A stretch of DNA of 62,274 nt, filler included, from Basidiobolus ranarum (taxonomy: Eukaryota): NCBI GenBank assembly GCA_040143965.1. It is 7 parts of 7 records of this genome, joined end to end, with 100 filler letters (N's around TTAATTAATTAA, not from the genome) between each part and the next. Parts side by side here need not be neighbours in the genome. Positions count along the whole stretch, not along the records: positions 44,594 to 53,386 come from JASJQH010000919.1; positions 53,487 to 62,274 come from JASJQH010000920.1; 5 more parts are not named here. One strand, written 5' to 3'. Below are positions 49,882 through 61,869 of this stretch, in pieces; within the stretch, counting starts at the first letter, position 1; each line of letters starts with the position of its first letter. The notes beneath the pieces were generated by a model. That model was not told where the DNA came from, did not search any database, and saw only the letters and a list, made by a program, of their open reading frames with translations. The translations under genes and the position numbers were made by a program.

Positions 49882-50278
49882 TTATATGGAGCCCTGCATG
49901 TTTTGAGATTCACGTTGAACACGGGAAATATAGGCGCGAGAGACAATGTTCCAGGCCTCCATGTAGCGATCCATACACTTAGAAACGCATGCTTGCTCGC
50001 CATTGTCAAGGCGAGAGCCAGGTTTAGGGACACATTTGACAAAGCACTTGTCGTTCATTTTCTAAAGAGTAGATAAGCAATTTAGTCTTTGTTTAGATAC
50101 TCTTTCTCACTCAAACCTTATTCAACTACAAAGTAAATATACGAAATGTGGTCAAGCTTACGTTGATGAGCTCTTGTGCGTTTGCTAAAGCTAACTCGCT
50201 TCTAACTTGGTCGATGACTTGTTGTTTTTTGCCGGCACCACTAGAGGGCATGGAAAAATTACCTCCGTAGTCGCTCAT
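49882..50278 (-). CDS. TIM13: Mitochondrial intermembrane-space small Tim chaperone Tim13, 2 exons (missing from the ORF track)
   Basis: Exons 50278-50162 and 50061-49882 give MSDYGG...[66 protein letters not shown]... with the twin CX3C motif. Confidence 0.95.
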
Positions 50279-50703
50279 GTTGAATGTACGATTTGTGTGT
50301 TAGTGAAGAGAATGTAGAGATTGATCGAGTCATGGAGACCATTTGTTAGAACTTTTAACATCTCATCGAAAACCTCACCCCATCTACATAGATGATGTCA
50401 CCCTTTTCCCTGATCAAGAATCTACTCGGTGAAAGGAAAATTCTTTTCTTGGAAATTTAATATTGCCTTTCATATTGATTGGGAATAACGGAAAGAAGAC
50501 ATTCAACGATTATTTTATTTTGCATAAACACAAGCATTTGACCATTATATTGTTCAGTCTCAACCTGATTGCACTATGATTTTGGGTTAAGGCAGTTTCA
50601 TCAATCTATTATAACCAGCCCTGAATATTGGTCAGAGATCTCTAACACAACCAGACTGTCAGTTTGACTTCTCATTTTAGCTACGCCTTTCGATGTTACG
50701 GTG

Positions 50704-50710
50704 TATAAAA
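50704..50710 (+). promoter_or_regulatory. Putative TATA box
   Basis: TATAAAA(GG) ~45 nt upstream of the ATG at 50755. Confidence 0.45.
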
Positions 50711-50754
50711 GGCCTAGTGAAATTCACCACGATGAGGTCGGCTATTTTACCTCT

Positions 50755-51328
50755 ATGAAGTTACCACTCACTCTTTACTTTACCTCTCTATGGTTTCTTG
50801 TAACTCTTAGTGTAGTTGTTTGTAATAATCGAGAGGTTTCTCCTTAAGCTTTCTCGCCATATAGTTTGAACCTTTTTTTTTAACTTTTTAGTTTATGTAG
50901 ATCCTTAGCATCAAGAAACCGAAATCCGGAGAAATCTTAAAGCGTGGTCATAAAATTGACGTTACTTGGGAGGTACCTAGAGATGTTGGCTTTATGAATT
51001 TTACAGTTGAGCTTTGGTCTTTGAATACTATTCAAGCTGGGTCTTCCAAGAAACTCTTCACCCTTGGTCATACAGATTCAACCAAGGCACAAGGTCAACA
51101 GTTTACCATCCCTTGGAAAATCCCTTACTTTAAGAAACAAATGAAAACCGGATATTTCATTGCAGTATATGGCAATAAACTCAGGTATGTAACCAAAAAA
51201 TTATTTCCTTCTACTGTTGGTAAATTTTAACGAAACCATTTGGACTTGATAGTAAGGGGCCAAGGTTTTCTTGGGTTTATCCTTGGGATGATATATTTTA
51301 TGGACGAACTGAAGTGCTTTTCTCCTAA
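50755..51328 (+). CDS. Small secreted protein (~150 aa), probable Kre9/Knh1-like Ig fold, 3 exons
   Basis: Signal MKLPLTLYFTSLWFLVTLSVVVC; exon 2 ILSIKKPKSGEILKRGHKIDVTWEVP...FTVELW...FTIPW...YFIAVYG; exon 3 ends ...GRTEVLFS*. Two in-frame GT-AG introns. Confidence 0.7.
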
Positions 51329-51724
51329 GTAACTCATCTCTTATACACATGCTCTTTCACACACTGTATCTTATGAAAAGTGTTGTGGCATTTATGGCGG
51401 TTGGAGTAAAGAAATATGGTCAATGGAATATCGGATGCTATCTCCCATTTGTCTTCAATGAAAATTCAAGTAAGTTTCAAAAAAGAGGGATCAAAGTGTC
51501 GCTCATTGATATTTTTATAAGAAACTGGTACATAATATATAGATGAACTCATAAATAGCATGTATGGTGTGGAAGTATCCACACTCTTCGTCTATTGATA
51601 TGGATGGGATCAACTAGTTGACTTCAAATTAGACCATTGAATATGTAATGAAATCACCTTAACACAGGATCAACGTTTGTAGAAAATTCGTTAAACCATT
51701 GTTCCATGTTATTCCAAGAATTTC

Positions 51725-51886
51725 TCATCGGTTCCAAAGAGTCCTTTGGTATTTTTGGGAGGTGAGGCGACTCGATATAATCCGATGAAGTCTGTATTCA
51801 CCCCCAAAGCCATGTTTAAGCGTATCTCGTGCAAGCGTTACCGAAGTAAAAGCAAGCAAAGTTAAACCGACAGAGTTGAAATGCAT
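51725..51886 (-). CDS. Possible 53-aa secreted peptide, or a frameshifted secreted-protein pseudogene
   Basis: MHFNSVGLTLLAFTSVTLA-RDTLKHGFGGEYRLHRIISSRLTSQKYQRTLWNR*; convincing signal peptide, no family recognised. Confidence 0.3.
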   Translation of the reverse strand: MHFNSVGLTLLAFTSVTLARDTLKHGFGGEYRLHRIISSRLTSQKYQRTLWNR

Positions 51887-53386
51887 AGGTAACGTGAGTG
51901 CGTGTGATCAAGTACAAAGAGAAACTAACTGATAAAGGTCAAGTGAGAGTGTCTCTAGCCGAGCATTCAAGTAGCTAGTTTTGTATTATACTGATTTTCC
52001 TTTCGGTAAATTGACTAACGGAAGTTAAACTTGATGCACAAGAGTAATAGAGCGCCACACAACAAACACGACATGCGCTGTCAATCCATTCGTTGACCTA
52101 TCAAATGTGCTTAAACAAGAGATGTTGGATATATTGAGCAGGCTATTGCGCAGATATCACGATTATCGGTTTGAAGCATAAGCTCAACGTGTTGTCTCTG
52201 ATGCGTATGGCAACTTTTCAGATTTGATGTAGCATCAAACACTGCTATAAGCAATGAAAACTTTGATCATTTCCACACAAAGAGTGGAAGTACGGTGATG
52301 CAGGGTTGATGGACTAGTAGAGTCCATAACTAATTTCATTATTACCAAATTAATAAAAGCCAGAGTAAGCAACAAAATGTGCTCGCGTGCATAGAGACAT
52401 CAGAGTATGCGAGTAGAAGAGGGATATGTATAGTCTGCACCTGGATTAAAGGGTGACTCCGATGTATTACTTTAAATCAGTTCCATAACTCTCAACGCAA
52501 AGCCCACATTATTATGTAACAGAAAGAGTCAACTTGTTTGTCGACAAGCTGCCATTGGATTAAGCTATAGTCCTATCAGATATCCTGATATATTGATTCA
52601 ATGCTATTAGTTTACATGTCAGCAACTAGTTTATGAAATGTATGATAGATGTGCTTCTGGACCACAAACAAGCTCAGACAACAATTCGAGTGTAGCATCA
52701 ATGCTGACATGTAAACAAAATCAGTGGCGACGATTAGACTTGAAATGGAATTCTTACAATTCATTTGGAGATTTCTTTGTAACTCAACGTTTTGAATCGA
52801 CATGTTAATGATATCCAATGCCATATCCTAAACTGTATACTGTACACTAAATCTGATACCCATGTCATGATGCTTCTCATTCTAAAATCTAACCAGCACC
52901 ATTGGTAAACTGTGGATCGATTACGGTCTTCAGAAACATCCACTAACAATATATTGGACTGTCTCTAAAAGCTATATAGATAGGCCAAGTAATAAATCAC
53001 TATAGAAAAGACCACCACAAGATCACGTGAATTTGTTTCATGTGGAGGTTAATTTGGGGGGAATTTCAAATCCTGGTAAATTGGTGCCGATTTATGGTTA
53101 TATATATGATAGGATCAACCACTAATCCGCCATTCCTACATCCTGTAAGTTTGGCCATTTTCTAAAAGCAGAAAACATCAATATACTATAGTTGGTTTTG
53201 AAGGCACATTCCACTAGTTTAATTTAACATAACAGAGATTGAATCGGACCTTCGATGTGTGTACATATAAGCGCTATATCTGAGTATTACTAGAGAATTA
53301 TCTATTCATGGCCCAGAGAGCCTAGTTTCGAGTCTCATTTCGACTACTTTGTGTGCATACACATACCTACCAGTCTATACAAATAG

Positions 53387-53486
53387 NNNNNNNNNNNNNN
53401 NNNNNNNNNNNNNNNNNNNNNNNNNNNNNNTTAATTAATTAANNNNNNNNNNNNNNNNNNNNNNNNNNNNNNNNNNNNNNNNNNNN
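53387..53486. other. Artificial contig-joining spacer
   Basis: N44-TTAATTAATTAA-N44. Confidence 0.99.
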
Positions 53487-55050
53487 GAAGTAAATTCTCC
53501 ACCATTATCAGTATGCATTTTGTTGATTTTAGTTCCAGTTTCAGTCTCCACAAGTGTTTTAAAATCTCTAAAGATGGAGAGAGCTTCTTCTTTTTTTTCC
53601 ATAAAGTAGACCCAAGTGTATCTTGTGCAATCATCAATAAATGTCATTAAATATCTCTTTCCACCTAAAGATAAATTTTGCATAGGCCCACACAAATCTG
53701 AATGAATTCAATCCAATTTTTTGACAGATTTGATTAATCCAGAGCTCTTGAATGGTTGCCTGGCTTGTTTTCCATATTTACAACCCACATAATTTCCATT
53801 TTGGATGAAGGGTTAATTTGAATTCCAGAAATTTTGCAATTTTTGATCTTTTTGCTCAAATAATCAAATCCAATATGGCCAAATCTCTTATGCCATAATT
53901 AAATAGTGTCTGGATTCAAATAACTTATCTTAACACATAAACCTCTTGGATTATATATAAGTTTTTATAAGTTCTGATCCTTTTCTCTCAAAGCTAAATA
54001 ATTCCCATTTTGATCAGTGATGGTGCATCCTGACTTTTCAAAATTGATTTTTAGCCCTTCTGAGGTGGCCTTGCATACAGATATTAAATTCTTGGCAATA
54101 TCTGGAGCATGTAGTACATCCTTAAAAGTATATACCTTCTCTTCAGAATCTCAAGTTAAATTGACTTGAATTTTCCCCTACCAATAGCATCCAAGGTGCA
54201 GTCATCTCCCATGAAAACCTTTCTAATTGAGATCCCTTCATATTTCACAAACCAATGGTTTTCATTTGTGAGATGTTGGGAAGGTCCAGAATTGATGTAC
54301 TATGTCTGAGAATCCTTGTTGATACTCATAGATAGAGCAGATATGAACAAGTGCTCTTCTGTTGTAACTGCATTTCCAGATTCAGTATGTTTTCTTCTTT
54401 TTCAATCTTCTAGAGCAATCTTGACTCAAAAGGCCAGTTCTTTTCCAGTAATCACAGAATGTGTTACTTTTCTTCTTTAGGTGCTTTTGACCTTTATAGG
54501 AAGGTTTCCCATAGCCTATTGAAGCACTTTATTCATTCTTTTGATTGGATCCAGATTTGCATAGATCTACATCCAGGAGTCTGCCAAATACATAATTTAT
54601 GGTCAAATTCACAGTTCTTGATTCTCAAGCCATTACTAGGCTCTGAAACTTGTGTGGTAGGCTGTTCAGGACTGTAACTATGATATCTTGATCAGTGTTA
54701 GGTACTCCAATGCATTCCATTTTGTGCACTAAAATAGTGACTCTATTAATTGGTGATTTAATGTCTTCTCCTGGCTTCATCTATAAGTTAAAGAATTGTC
54801 TTCTTGGAACATCTTGTTGGCAGCAGAACTTGTTTGGTAGATGTCTTCCCAGGCTTTTCATACCTTCTTGTCAGTTTTAGCTCTTGAACATTGAATTAGC
54901 AATTTGTCTTTAACATTAAGACAAGCTGTGTTAAAGGCACTTTGTTCTTTTTTAACCTGCAGTAAAGCTTTGGTTTCAGATAGTTTTGCATTGGTTTCTT
55001 CTACTACAACAGTGTCAAAAGAGTCCTTTTTCTTGTAGCAGCATTTTCAT
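53487..55050 (-). mobile_element. Decayed Ty1/copia gag-protease-integrase region
   Basis: Integrase IHSDLCGPM...RYLMTFIDDCTRYTWVYF...TDNGGEF; gag-pre-integrase LWHKRFGH; protease-like SGPSQHLT and DVLHAPDIAKNLISV; degenerate zinc knuckle near 54420-54460. Confidence 0.93.
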
Positions 55051-55159
55051 TTTGATTTTTCAAACTTGATAAATGGCTCCATCCAATTTTTCACAAGAGG
55101 GAAAATTTCCATAAATTTGAGAAGTAGGCATGACAGAGAGTGCAAGCTTGGGGTTTATA

Positions 55160-55522
55160 ACCTTTTAAAGTATTTGGGAGCCTGTTGGAAGTGGTTTGAA
55201 GATTTAGAGAAATTGGTGGTTTTACTTATTGATTTATTGAGTAGAAAGTTGACATTTAGAGTTTGATCAAGACATAAGCAAACTATTGTATAGAATGTGT
55301 TAAGAAAGGTTCCAGGAACATGTGTGCAAAGTTTGGGGCTTCAAGCACAGGTTTGAAAATCTATATATCTGAGAACTTCTAAGTTGGTAAAAATATTCCT
55401 ATTAAATCCCAATTCAAAAATGGATAATATCTTAGTGAAATATAAGATCATTAAGTAATAAGCAATATATTACTACATAGATGTTTAGCAATGCTAATTT
55501 AAATCATTCTAACCCTAACCCT
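55160..55522 (-). repeat. Dispersed repeat family, reverse copy ending in CTAACCCTAACCCT
   Basis: Reverse complement of tail + subunit + aaattagcattgc.aaaca; telomere-like 14-mer at 55509-55522. Confidence 0.88.
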
Positions 55523-56519
55523 GTTTACATCCCATCATTAAGACTGAACAGCTGGTATTGTTGTGAAAAGTCTGCATAAAGCTTGTTAAACCATTTGGTT
55601 TACATGTATTTCAATAAATACTGCTCTGTGATGTAACATGTTATATTTTAATAGATCAATTATCTTGCCTACAACTATGCCATACACTTGGACACTGGCA
55701 CTCAAAGAGCACCATGACCATCTTCTTAGCACGCCATATTGCAGGGATAATATAATGACCATTTATGATCCTCAAAAATTTCTTAGTCTGGAGCTGTTCT
55801 TAACTAGTGACTGCTTGGATAGCTCTAACACACTGGGATTAACACCTCCCTCAACTTGGCAATAATATTGGATATGAAATGAAGAGATTCAACAGCAGGG
55901 ATATGCTTATAGTGTATACAAAGTTGAGGGTTAAAGCTTGGGCCACTTTGGACAAGCTTTAAAAGTATCCAAGTTAAATATATCCAAGTTGTCAAAATTT
56001 CTGACATTTATCAAATATATTAAATATATATATATGTGACAATTTTGATTCATGAATTTTTAAACAGGTAATTATCAACTATGTTAAACAAGATACAGGA
56101 GTAATTAGGTGCTTAATTCAAATATCAACACTTACTAGACCTATATTTCAGCATTTGTAGTTTCTACATACTGACCCTAAGCTAAGTGTGACATGCAGAG
56201 AACACTGAGTCCAGCCATTTGGAAAACTATAGCTTGTTCAAAGCATAGCAAAGCACAGATACTCAAAAAAAGTATATTGGTCCATACTTCCATTATGGAT
56301 ACCCTGTATTAAATATATTTAATATCCAATACAATAATGTTCATTATTATTGAGGCCATGGTTTTAAATCACTTTCTTTGCGTATACTTGAACCTACGCT
56401 ATAGTAGATATTTTGTTGTACTCCAAGAATCTCCATCTACATTTATATGAGCCAACGACTTACCATTAACTTTTCTCCCATGTAAAATGAATTTAAACTT
56501 TTTCAAAATCTTGCCTGCC

Positions 56520-57000
56520 CCAATAGAGCTTTAACCATCCACTTCAATGACTGTTACTTTCTTGATTGTATCTCCTCAATAAATTTACATTTAGCAGATG
56601 TAACAATTCTCTTTCTGCGTTGCATATGTCAGCGTATCTGAGATGTCTCGGCACTAACTGATATTTTAATATATCCTGCTGAATACTATAAACATTTAGA
56701 GAGTATACTGCTTGTACAATCCAACGCCGTAAATAAAATAGCGGGATTCTACTCATATATAAAATATGATTATTCTCTCAGCTTATTGTATTACCTGATC
56801 TTGGATTCAGACTTTGTCTCAACATCAAAGAATGTAGTAATTTTAAGAATTCCACATGAGACATTCCTTTGAGCAATATATTCTAGCCTCTGGAAGATGC
56901 ACAGGCGGAACTTGCAAGGATAGCAAATTTCTAGTTGAAAACAATACGTGCCAATCAACATGCCTTTCATAAAGAGAGAAATATTCAAAGCCCGCATTCC
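56520..57000 (-). pseudogene. Possible decayed PCL (Pho85-type) cyclin
   Basis: Fragment YADICNAERELLHLLNVNL resembles the cyclin-box helix D-I-N-x-x-E-R-x-x-L-x-L-L-x-x-x-L. Upstream fragments RNVSCGILKITTFF and ILFTALDCTSSILSKCL fall in the expected order but in different frames. Confidence 0.3.
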
Positions 57001-58115
57001 ATATTTACTCTGCTCCAGCCTTTAACACTCTTGATAGTGTTTTCTATCACTTACAATTAAATGAATAATCTTCCTGATTTTTTCCTATTACTCAAACTAG
57101 ATTCAATTTGACCAAATTTTTTACGCATTTATGGTTACCGAGTACACCACAGTGGCGCCATTGTTCATCCCTATTGCTTTTCACTTTTGCTCCACTTATT
57201 TTCTCTGCTCCTAAGTATATTAAGGTCGAGCCAAATTCTAACTGGAACAGCATCTAGATTGGCTTGATTGTTGTACCACTTAGATCACTTGAATTAGGAC
57301 CAATCGAGTATTTGGCGTTTTCCCACCGATGAATTTAGCACACAAGAACATTAGAATTTTCTGCTTGGTGATCATAAGGAGGCAAATTTTCAGCCATAAA
57401 ATTGCTGCGAAATCTCAAAAGTAAAATCGAAGGAAAAAAATATCAGCAAGTTGCAATTAGACTATTTTCAAAGATTGATTAGTCCCGGCTGTCAAAATGT
57501 GATAATTTGGAGCACTGGGAATCCATATATATTATGGTTATCGATCAATTCCATTTTAGATTTGGTCATACACTGGTCTAAATGGGAAATCTAGATTCAG
57601 CCATACACACGACATAGTGTTATTATACAGCAAAATTTTCTTGTGCCATGTGATTGAGTACACAGTCTCTGTAACCGCCCACAAATGACCAGGAATGAGA
57701 ATTCAATGGGATTCGGCTGCTATGTCCAACAGCATCTCATTAATATGTATTACAGAACTCCTATTTAGCGAGAACTCTGTGTATCCTTGCTAGAGCAGGG
57801 AAGTAACAGCCTCATCATTACCATATCACTTGGATCAAGAATAGTGTGTCCCTTACAATCCGTTTTGAAACAATGCAACTAGCCGAACCCATATATGACA
57901 ATCGGCAGCTTAGTACTTGAGAATGGAACACTGGACAAATTCCAAATCCATTATAGGCAACGGATTGGCCTTATGTTTGGTGAGATGATATATTCAGAGA
58001 GTCCCCAAATAGGCTTATTTAAGGTTAGGTAAGGTAACAAGTATAAGTTTCGCAAGAAACATTTTCCCGCCTTCACTATAAATTTTGGGATACTTCATTT
58101 TCAGAAGCCATTACA

Positions 58116-60470
58116 ATGAGTATACTATTTCTTTTTTATGGTCGAATCTCAAATCTTGGAAAGGCCTTCATCTCTGCCACCTTCACTTTATGTATCCTAT
58201 GCAAACTAGCATTGACTTTTGATTACATCAGTCGGGTGCCAAGTGGAGCTCTCTGGTTCCCCTCCACCCTTTTTTTCGACTGGGTATACCTTCAAGTAAT
58301 AGTTATTTTGATGGATTTGAGTGGTAGAATGCAGAAGTTACGGTGGGTGGGGTGGGTTTTCATAGGCATGTTGTACCTCCTCACTATTTGGAGCACCTTG
58401 GCAAACGTTATGACCATCACATTCTATGTCGAGTCGGAAACCTTGTTAAACTGGTACACTATGCGCGACCTTATAGCTAATGTTACTGTCGCTCAAGCCG
58501 GGATGGCTGTACACGATCTCCCTTTGCTTGCCCTCATGCTTTCAGGATTTCTTGTCCTCTGGCTATTTTTCTATTTCTCCTTGCGCTATCAACTGTCCAG
58601 GGCGTCATCGAATCAGACCTACATGCCCGTACACACCAGGCTCGAGGAGATTGCTGCGATAGAGGAAGCATTCTTAGAAGAAACGGTGTATATAGAGCCA
58701 AAGACCTCTCCACCCACAGGCAAGTTCTCCTGGTCCAGAGAATCCCTATGCATGCTTGCAACCAAGAGAAATGCGGCATACGGATTAGGGGTTGCTTTCC
58801 TCATAACGTACATGATTTTGTGTTTGACCATCAGACCATCAGACCCTTGGTCTACATTTGATAGCAACTTTGGTGCCAAAGCATTATGCATTATGCTGAT
58901 TTATCCTAATGCTCCATTTTCTGATTATCTGCATGTTACAGGTTTCAAATATGATGCATCTAACGATTTTATGACGAAATTCTCGAAAATTCATGTTGGA
59001 CGAAAATCAACAATGGAAGAGCAAAACTTTGACTTCCTCCGAAGAAGCCAGAACTCTACTATCAAAAACGTTGTATTCCTGATCCTTGAAACGACTCGCA
59101 ATGATATTATTCCATTCGACTACTTCTCCGAATTTTCGGAGCGGCTAGAAGTAAAATTCAAAGAGGAGCAGCGTAATCAAACCCGTAACGCAACCAGTGC
59201 CGAAGGATACCAGAACGGTATTTCGCCATTCTTCGAGGATTTGATGCGACGAGGAGGTTTCTACATGCCATACACAAAATCACTTTCGGGATATACCTTG
59301 AAATCTCTCACCACTACCCATTGTGGTATGATGCCCCTTCGTACCCCAACTGCCACCGAGACCACGCATCCATTCTATCAAACATGCTTGCCAGAGCTTC
59401 TCAGTAATCACAACTACAGCTCAGCGTATTTCCAAACTTCCGACGGAAACTTCGATAGCCAAAGAACTCTGATGAACAAATTCGGATTCGACTTAGTGCT
59501 AGACAAACAGTTGATTGATAGTGGTGTACTTGACCAATACAAAGATATCCCTAGACTCGCGGACGGAAAGTTTGAGGAAATCAATTACTTTGGATATGAG
59601 GATGAGATTATTATTCCCAAGATGGTGGACTGGATTGGAGAGCAGAAAGACGCTAACAAGCCCTTTTTCCTCACTCAACTGAACAATGTTGCGCACCATC
59701 CGTATGGTCAACCCAAGAGGTGGAACAAGACCAATTATCTGCAGGATGCCGATAGCTCGGTGAATGACCATCTGAACAGCATCCGTTATGTTGACGACTT
59801 CCTGAAGGATTTCATGACTGGCTTCGAAAGTGCTCATCCACAAACCTATAATGAGACTCTATTTATGTTTATTGGCGATCACGGAGTTTCTCTACGCGAG
59901 CATCACATCATGCACGCTCATCAACACCCTTACGAATTTGCTTTCAACGTGCCACTTATGTTTTACTCGCCGAATGATGGCATACAGGACTTTCTGAAGC
60001 AGCAATTCCGAAAGAACCTGATTGAGAAGAACGGGCCAGAAGCACAGCAAGATGGCCGCTTGCAAACGCTTTATCAACGCGGTGCCACCAACCTAGTCCT
60101 TGGCAATTGGACCAATCTCGACATTCTACCGACGATGCTCAACCTTTTCAAGGAAACTGCAGATGCGGAGCAAGGCAATTTCGATTACGAAGGATCTAGC
60201 ATCACCGGGCCTAATGACCCCAAGCGAGTCACTATGTCTATTGCCTCTCCTGGCGGCTTTTCTACGACGCTTCGCTATGGCAACCATAAGCTACTGAAGT
60301 TCAACGATGGCACCATGGTATATTACGATCTCTTCTCTGACCCCACTGAGCTTCATCCCATACAAATTGAAGACCTGGGTCCAGAGTTGCACGAATGGGC
60401 GGTTGCCGCTGATAGCGTTTCTGAGATCTGGAATACGAATATTAACGAGGCATACCATGATGACCAATAA
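58116..60470 (+). CDS. LtaS / sulfatase-like (alkaline phosphatase superfamily) membrane enzyme, intronless, 784 aa
   Basis: About five N-terminal hydrophobic segments, then NVVFLILETTR (metal Glu), GYTLKSL (Thr nucleophile position), GFD, PFFL..LNNVAHHPY, HLNSIRYVDDFL, FIGDHG, VPL, DILPT. Confidence 0.88.
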   Translation: MSILFLFYGRISNLGKAFISATFTLCILCKLALTFDYISRVPSGALWFPSTLFFDWVYLQVIVILMDLSGRMQKLRWVGWVFIGMLYLLTIWSTLANVMTITFYVESETLLNWYTMRDLIANVTVAQAGMAVHDLPLLALMLSGFLVLWLFFYFSLRYQLSRASSNQTYMPVHTRLEEIAAIEEAFLEETVYIEPKTSPPTGKFSWSRESLCMLATKRNAAYGLGVAFLITYMILCLTIRPSDPWSTFDSNFGAKALCIMLIYPNAPFSDYLHVTGFKYDASNDFMTKFSKIHVGRKSTMEEQNFDFLRRSQNSTIKNVVFLILETTRNDIIPFDYFSEFSERLEVKFKEEQRNQTRNATSAEGYQNGISPFFEDLMRRGGFYMPYTKSLSGYTLKSLTTTHCGMMPLRTPTATETTHPFYQTCLPELLSNHNYSSAYFQTSDGNFDSQRTLMNKFGFDLVLDKQLIDSGVLDQYKDIPRLADGKFEEINYFGYEDEIIIPKMVDWIGEQKDANKPFFLTQLNNVAHHPYGQPKRWNKTNYLQDADSSVNDHLNSIRYVDDFLKDFMTGFESAHPQTYNETLFMFIGDHGVSLREHHIMHAHQHPYEFAFNVPLMFYSPNDGIQDFLKQQFRKNLIEKNGPEAQQDGRLQTLYQRGATNLVLGNWTNLDILPTMLNLFKETADAEQGNFDYEGSSITGPNDPKRVTMSIASPGGFSTTLRYGNHKLLKFNDGTMVYYDLFSDPTELHPIQIEDLGPELHEWAVAADSVSEIWNTNINEAYHDDQ

Positions 60471-61869
60471 TTGAATATGAATTATTCCTAATTTTAATGT
60501 AATAATTTTCGGATCACTTAAAATCCCTCTGTCACAAAATAAATCACTGTACATTTTGATCTTAATTGAGGCCCATTTATAGCCTTGTATTATTGATGCT
60601 GGTAAAGGCACAACAGGTTTATTGGGGAGATCCATGATCACTTGGAGTCTTACTGTATTTGCTCCTTGGCCATATCCGTAAACCTTATTTCCGGCTGCTT
60701 CGCTTATGACCCTTTTTGTTCATTCTGCAGGTCATCATGATAAGGGTCCCAGAATACCAGGGTGTGGCGCGGGAGTTTGGGGCATCTACATTTGAAACAG
60801 GGGATTACGACATTAGAATGACAGTATGGGTATTAGTAAGTGGGAATGGACTGCCTAAGCCCAAGTTCATCAACCGTAGTCAGAGCGTAACCTATAGGCA
60901 GCGTGATCCTAGCTCTCATTTGGCAATCCAAATACCCCAATATTTTAATTACTAATCGAAAAACAAATATAAACCAAATTTAGAAAGATCGAGTTTTGCC
61001 TGCTGCATAAAATCCAAATATTGGGACTAGTTGGATTTTTACAACAAAACCTCTCTGGACGGCTTTGACCAAAAGCTTGTCGCTGAAAAGCTACATAAAG
61101 TCCATCGCGAAGAGGTAGTATGAATGATGAAAAAACATCAAGTGGGATGATTTAGGGCTACACTGGGGAGTTAATCATAAGGTCTGATCACTGGAGTGCT
61201 AAATCTCAGTTACTTGGAGTACTCATTCGCAACTGGTGCCCACTTTAATGAAAGTATCATCGAGTATACTTGGCCTGGAGCCACTCACATTGAAACCTCT
61301 CTGTGATTATTACCAACTATGCGGTATAATTAACAACCTAATTCATCATTGGTGGGACCGAGGAATTCATCCACAGCCAACACCAAATGATATGCTATTT
61401 AGACTGACTAGAGGTAACCATTACGATGGACCAGTTGAAGTGGACAGTGGTGCGTTTAATTCTACAACAGATCACCAAGAGCTTGTGCAAGGCCAGGGCG
61501 ACCCCCAATATGCCTAAATCATTATAAGAAGCAAGTATAAATCTAGTTGATGTCTCGTCGCACTCAATGGAGCCCATGCTAGTGCACGAAATCAGACTAG
61601 GGCCTGGTACAAGCCATGCGCGAACTTGGAAGGGGGAATAGAATGTTTGGAGGGTGTATTATTCATTTACTATTTGATTGAATTTTTACTTTGGTCGGAT
61701 TTATGTAGAACTAACCACGGGGTTAGGCGTCTTGTGGACACTTTCACAAGAGAATATTCCAGTGGGTTGATTCCGGACGTTAAACAACATTGGGGGCTGT
61801 GTACTAAATACATGTTATTTAGCTCATGTTTGAGAAGAATCCTGATGTATTCAGATTCAATGAAGTACG

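Noticed and set aside
55685-55755. LGHWHSKSTMTIF as a tyrosine-recombinase (DIRS/Crypton) motif
   Set aside because: No catalytic Tyr and no upstream HxxR found; the region looks like a CpG-depleted TE relic but the family cannot be assigned.
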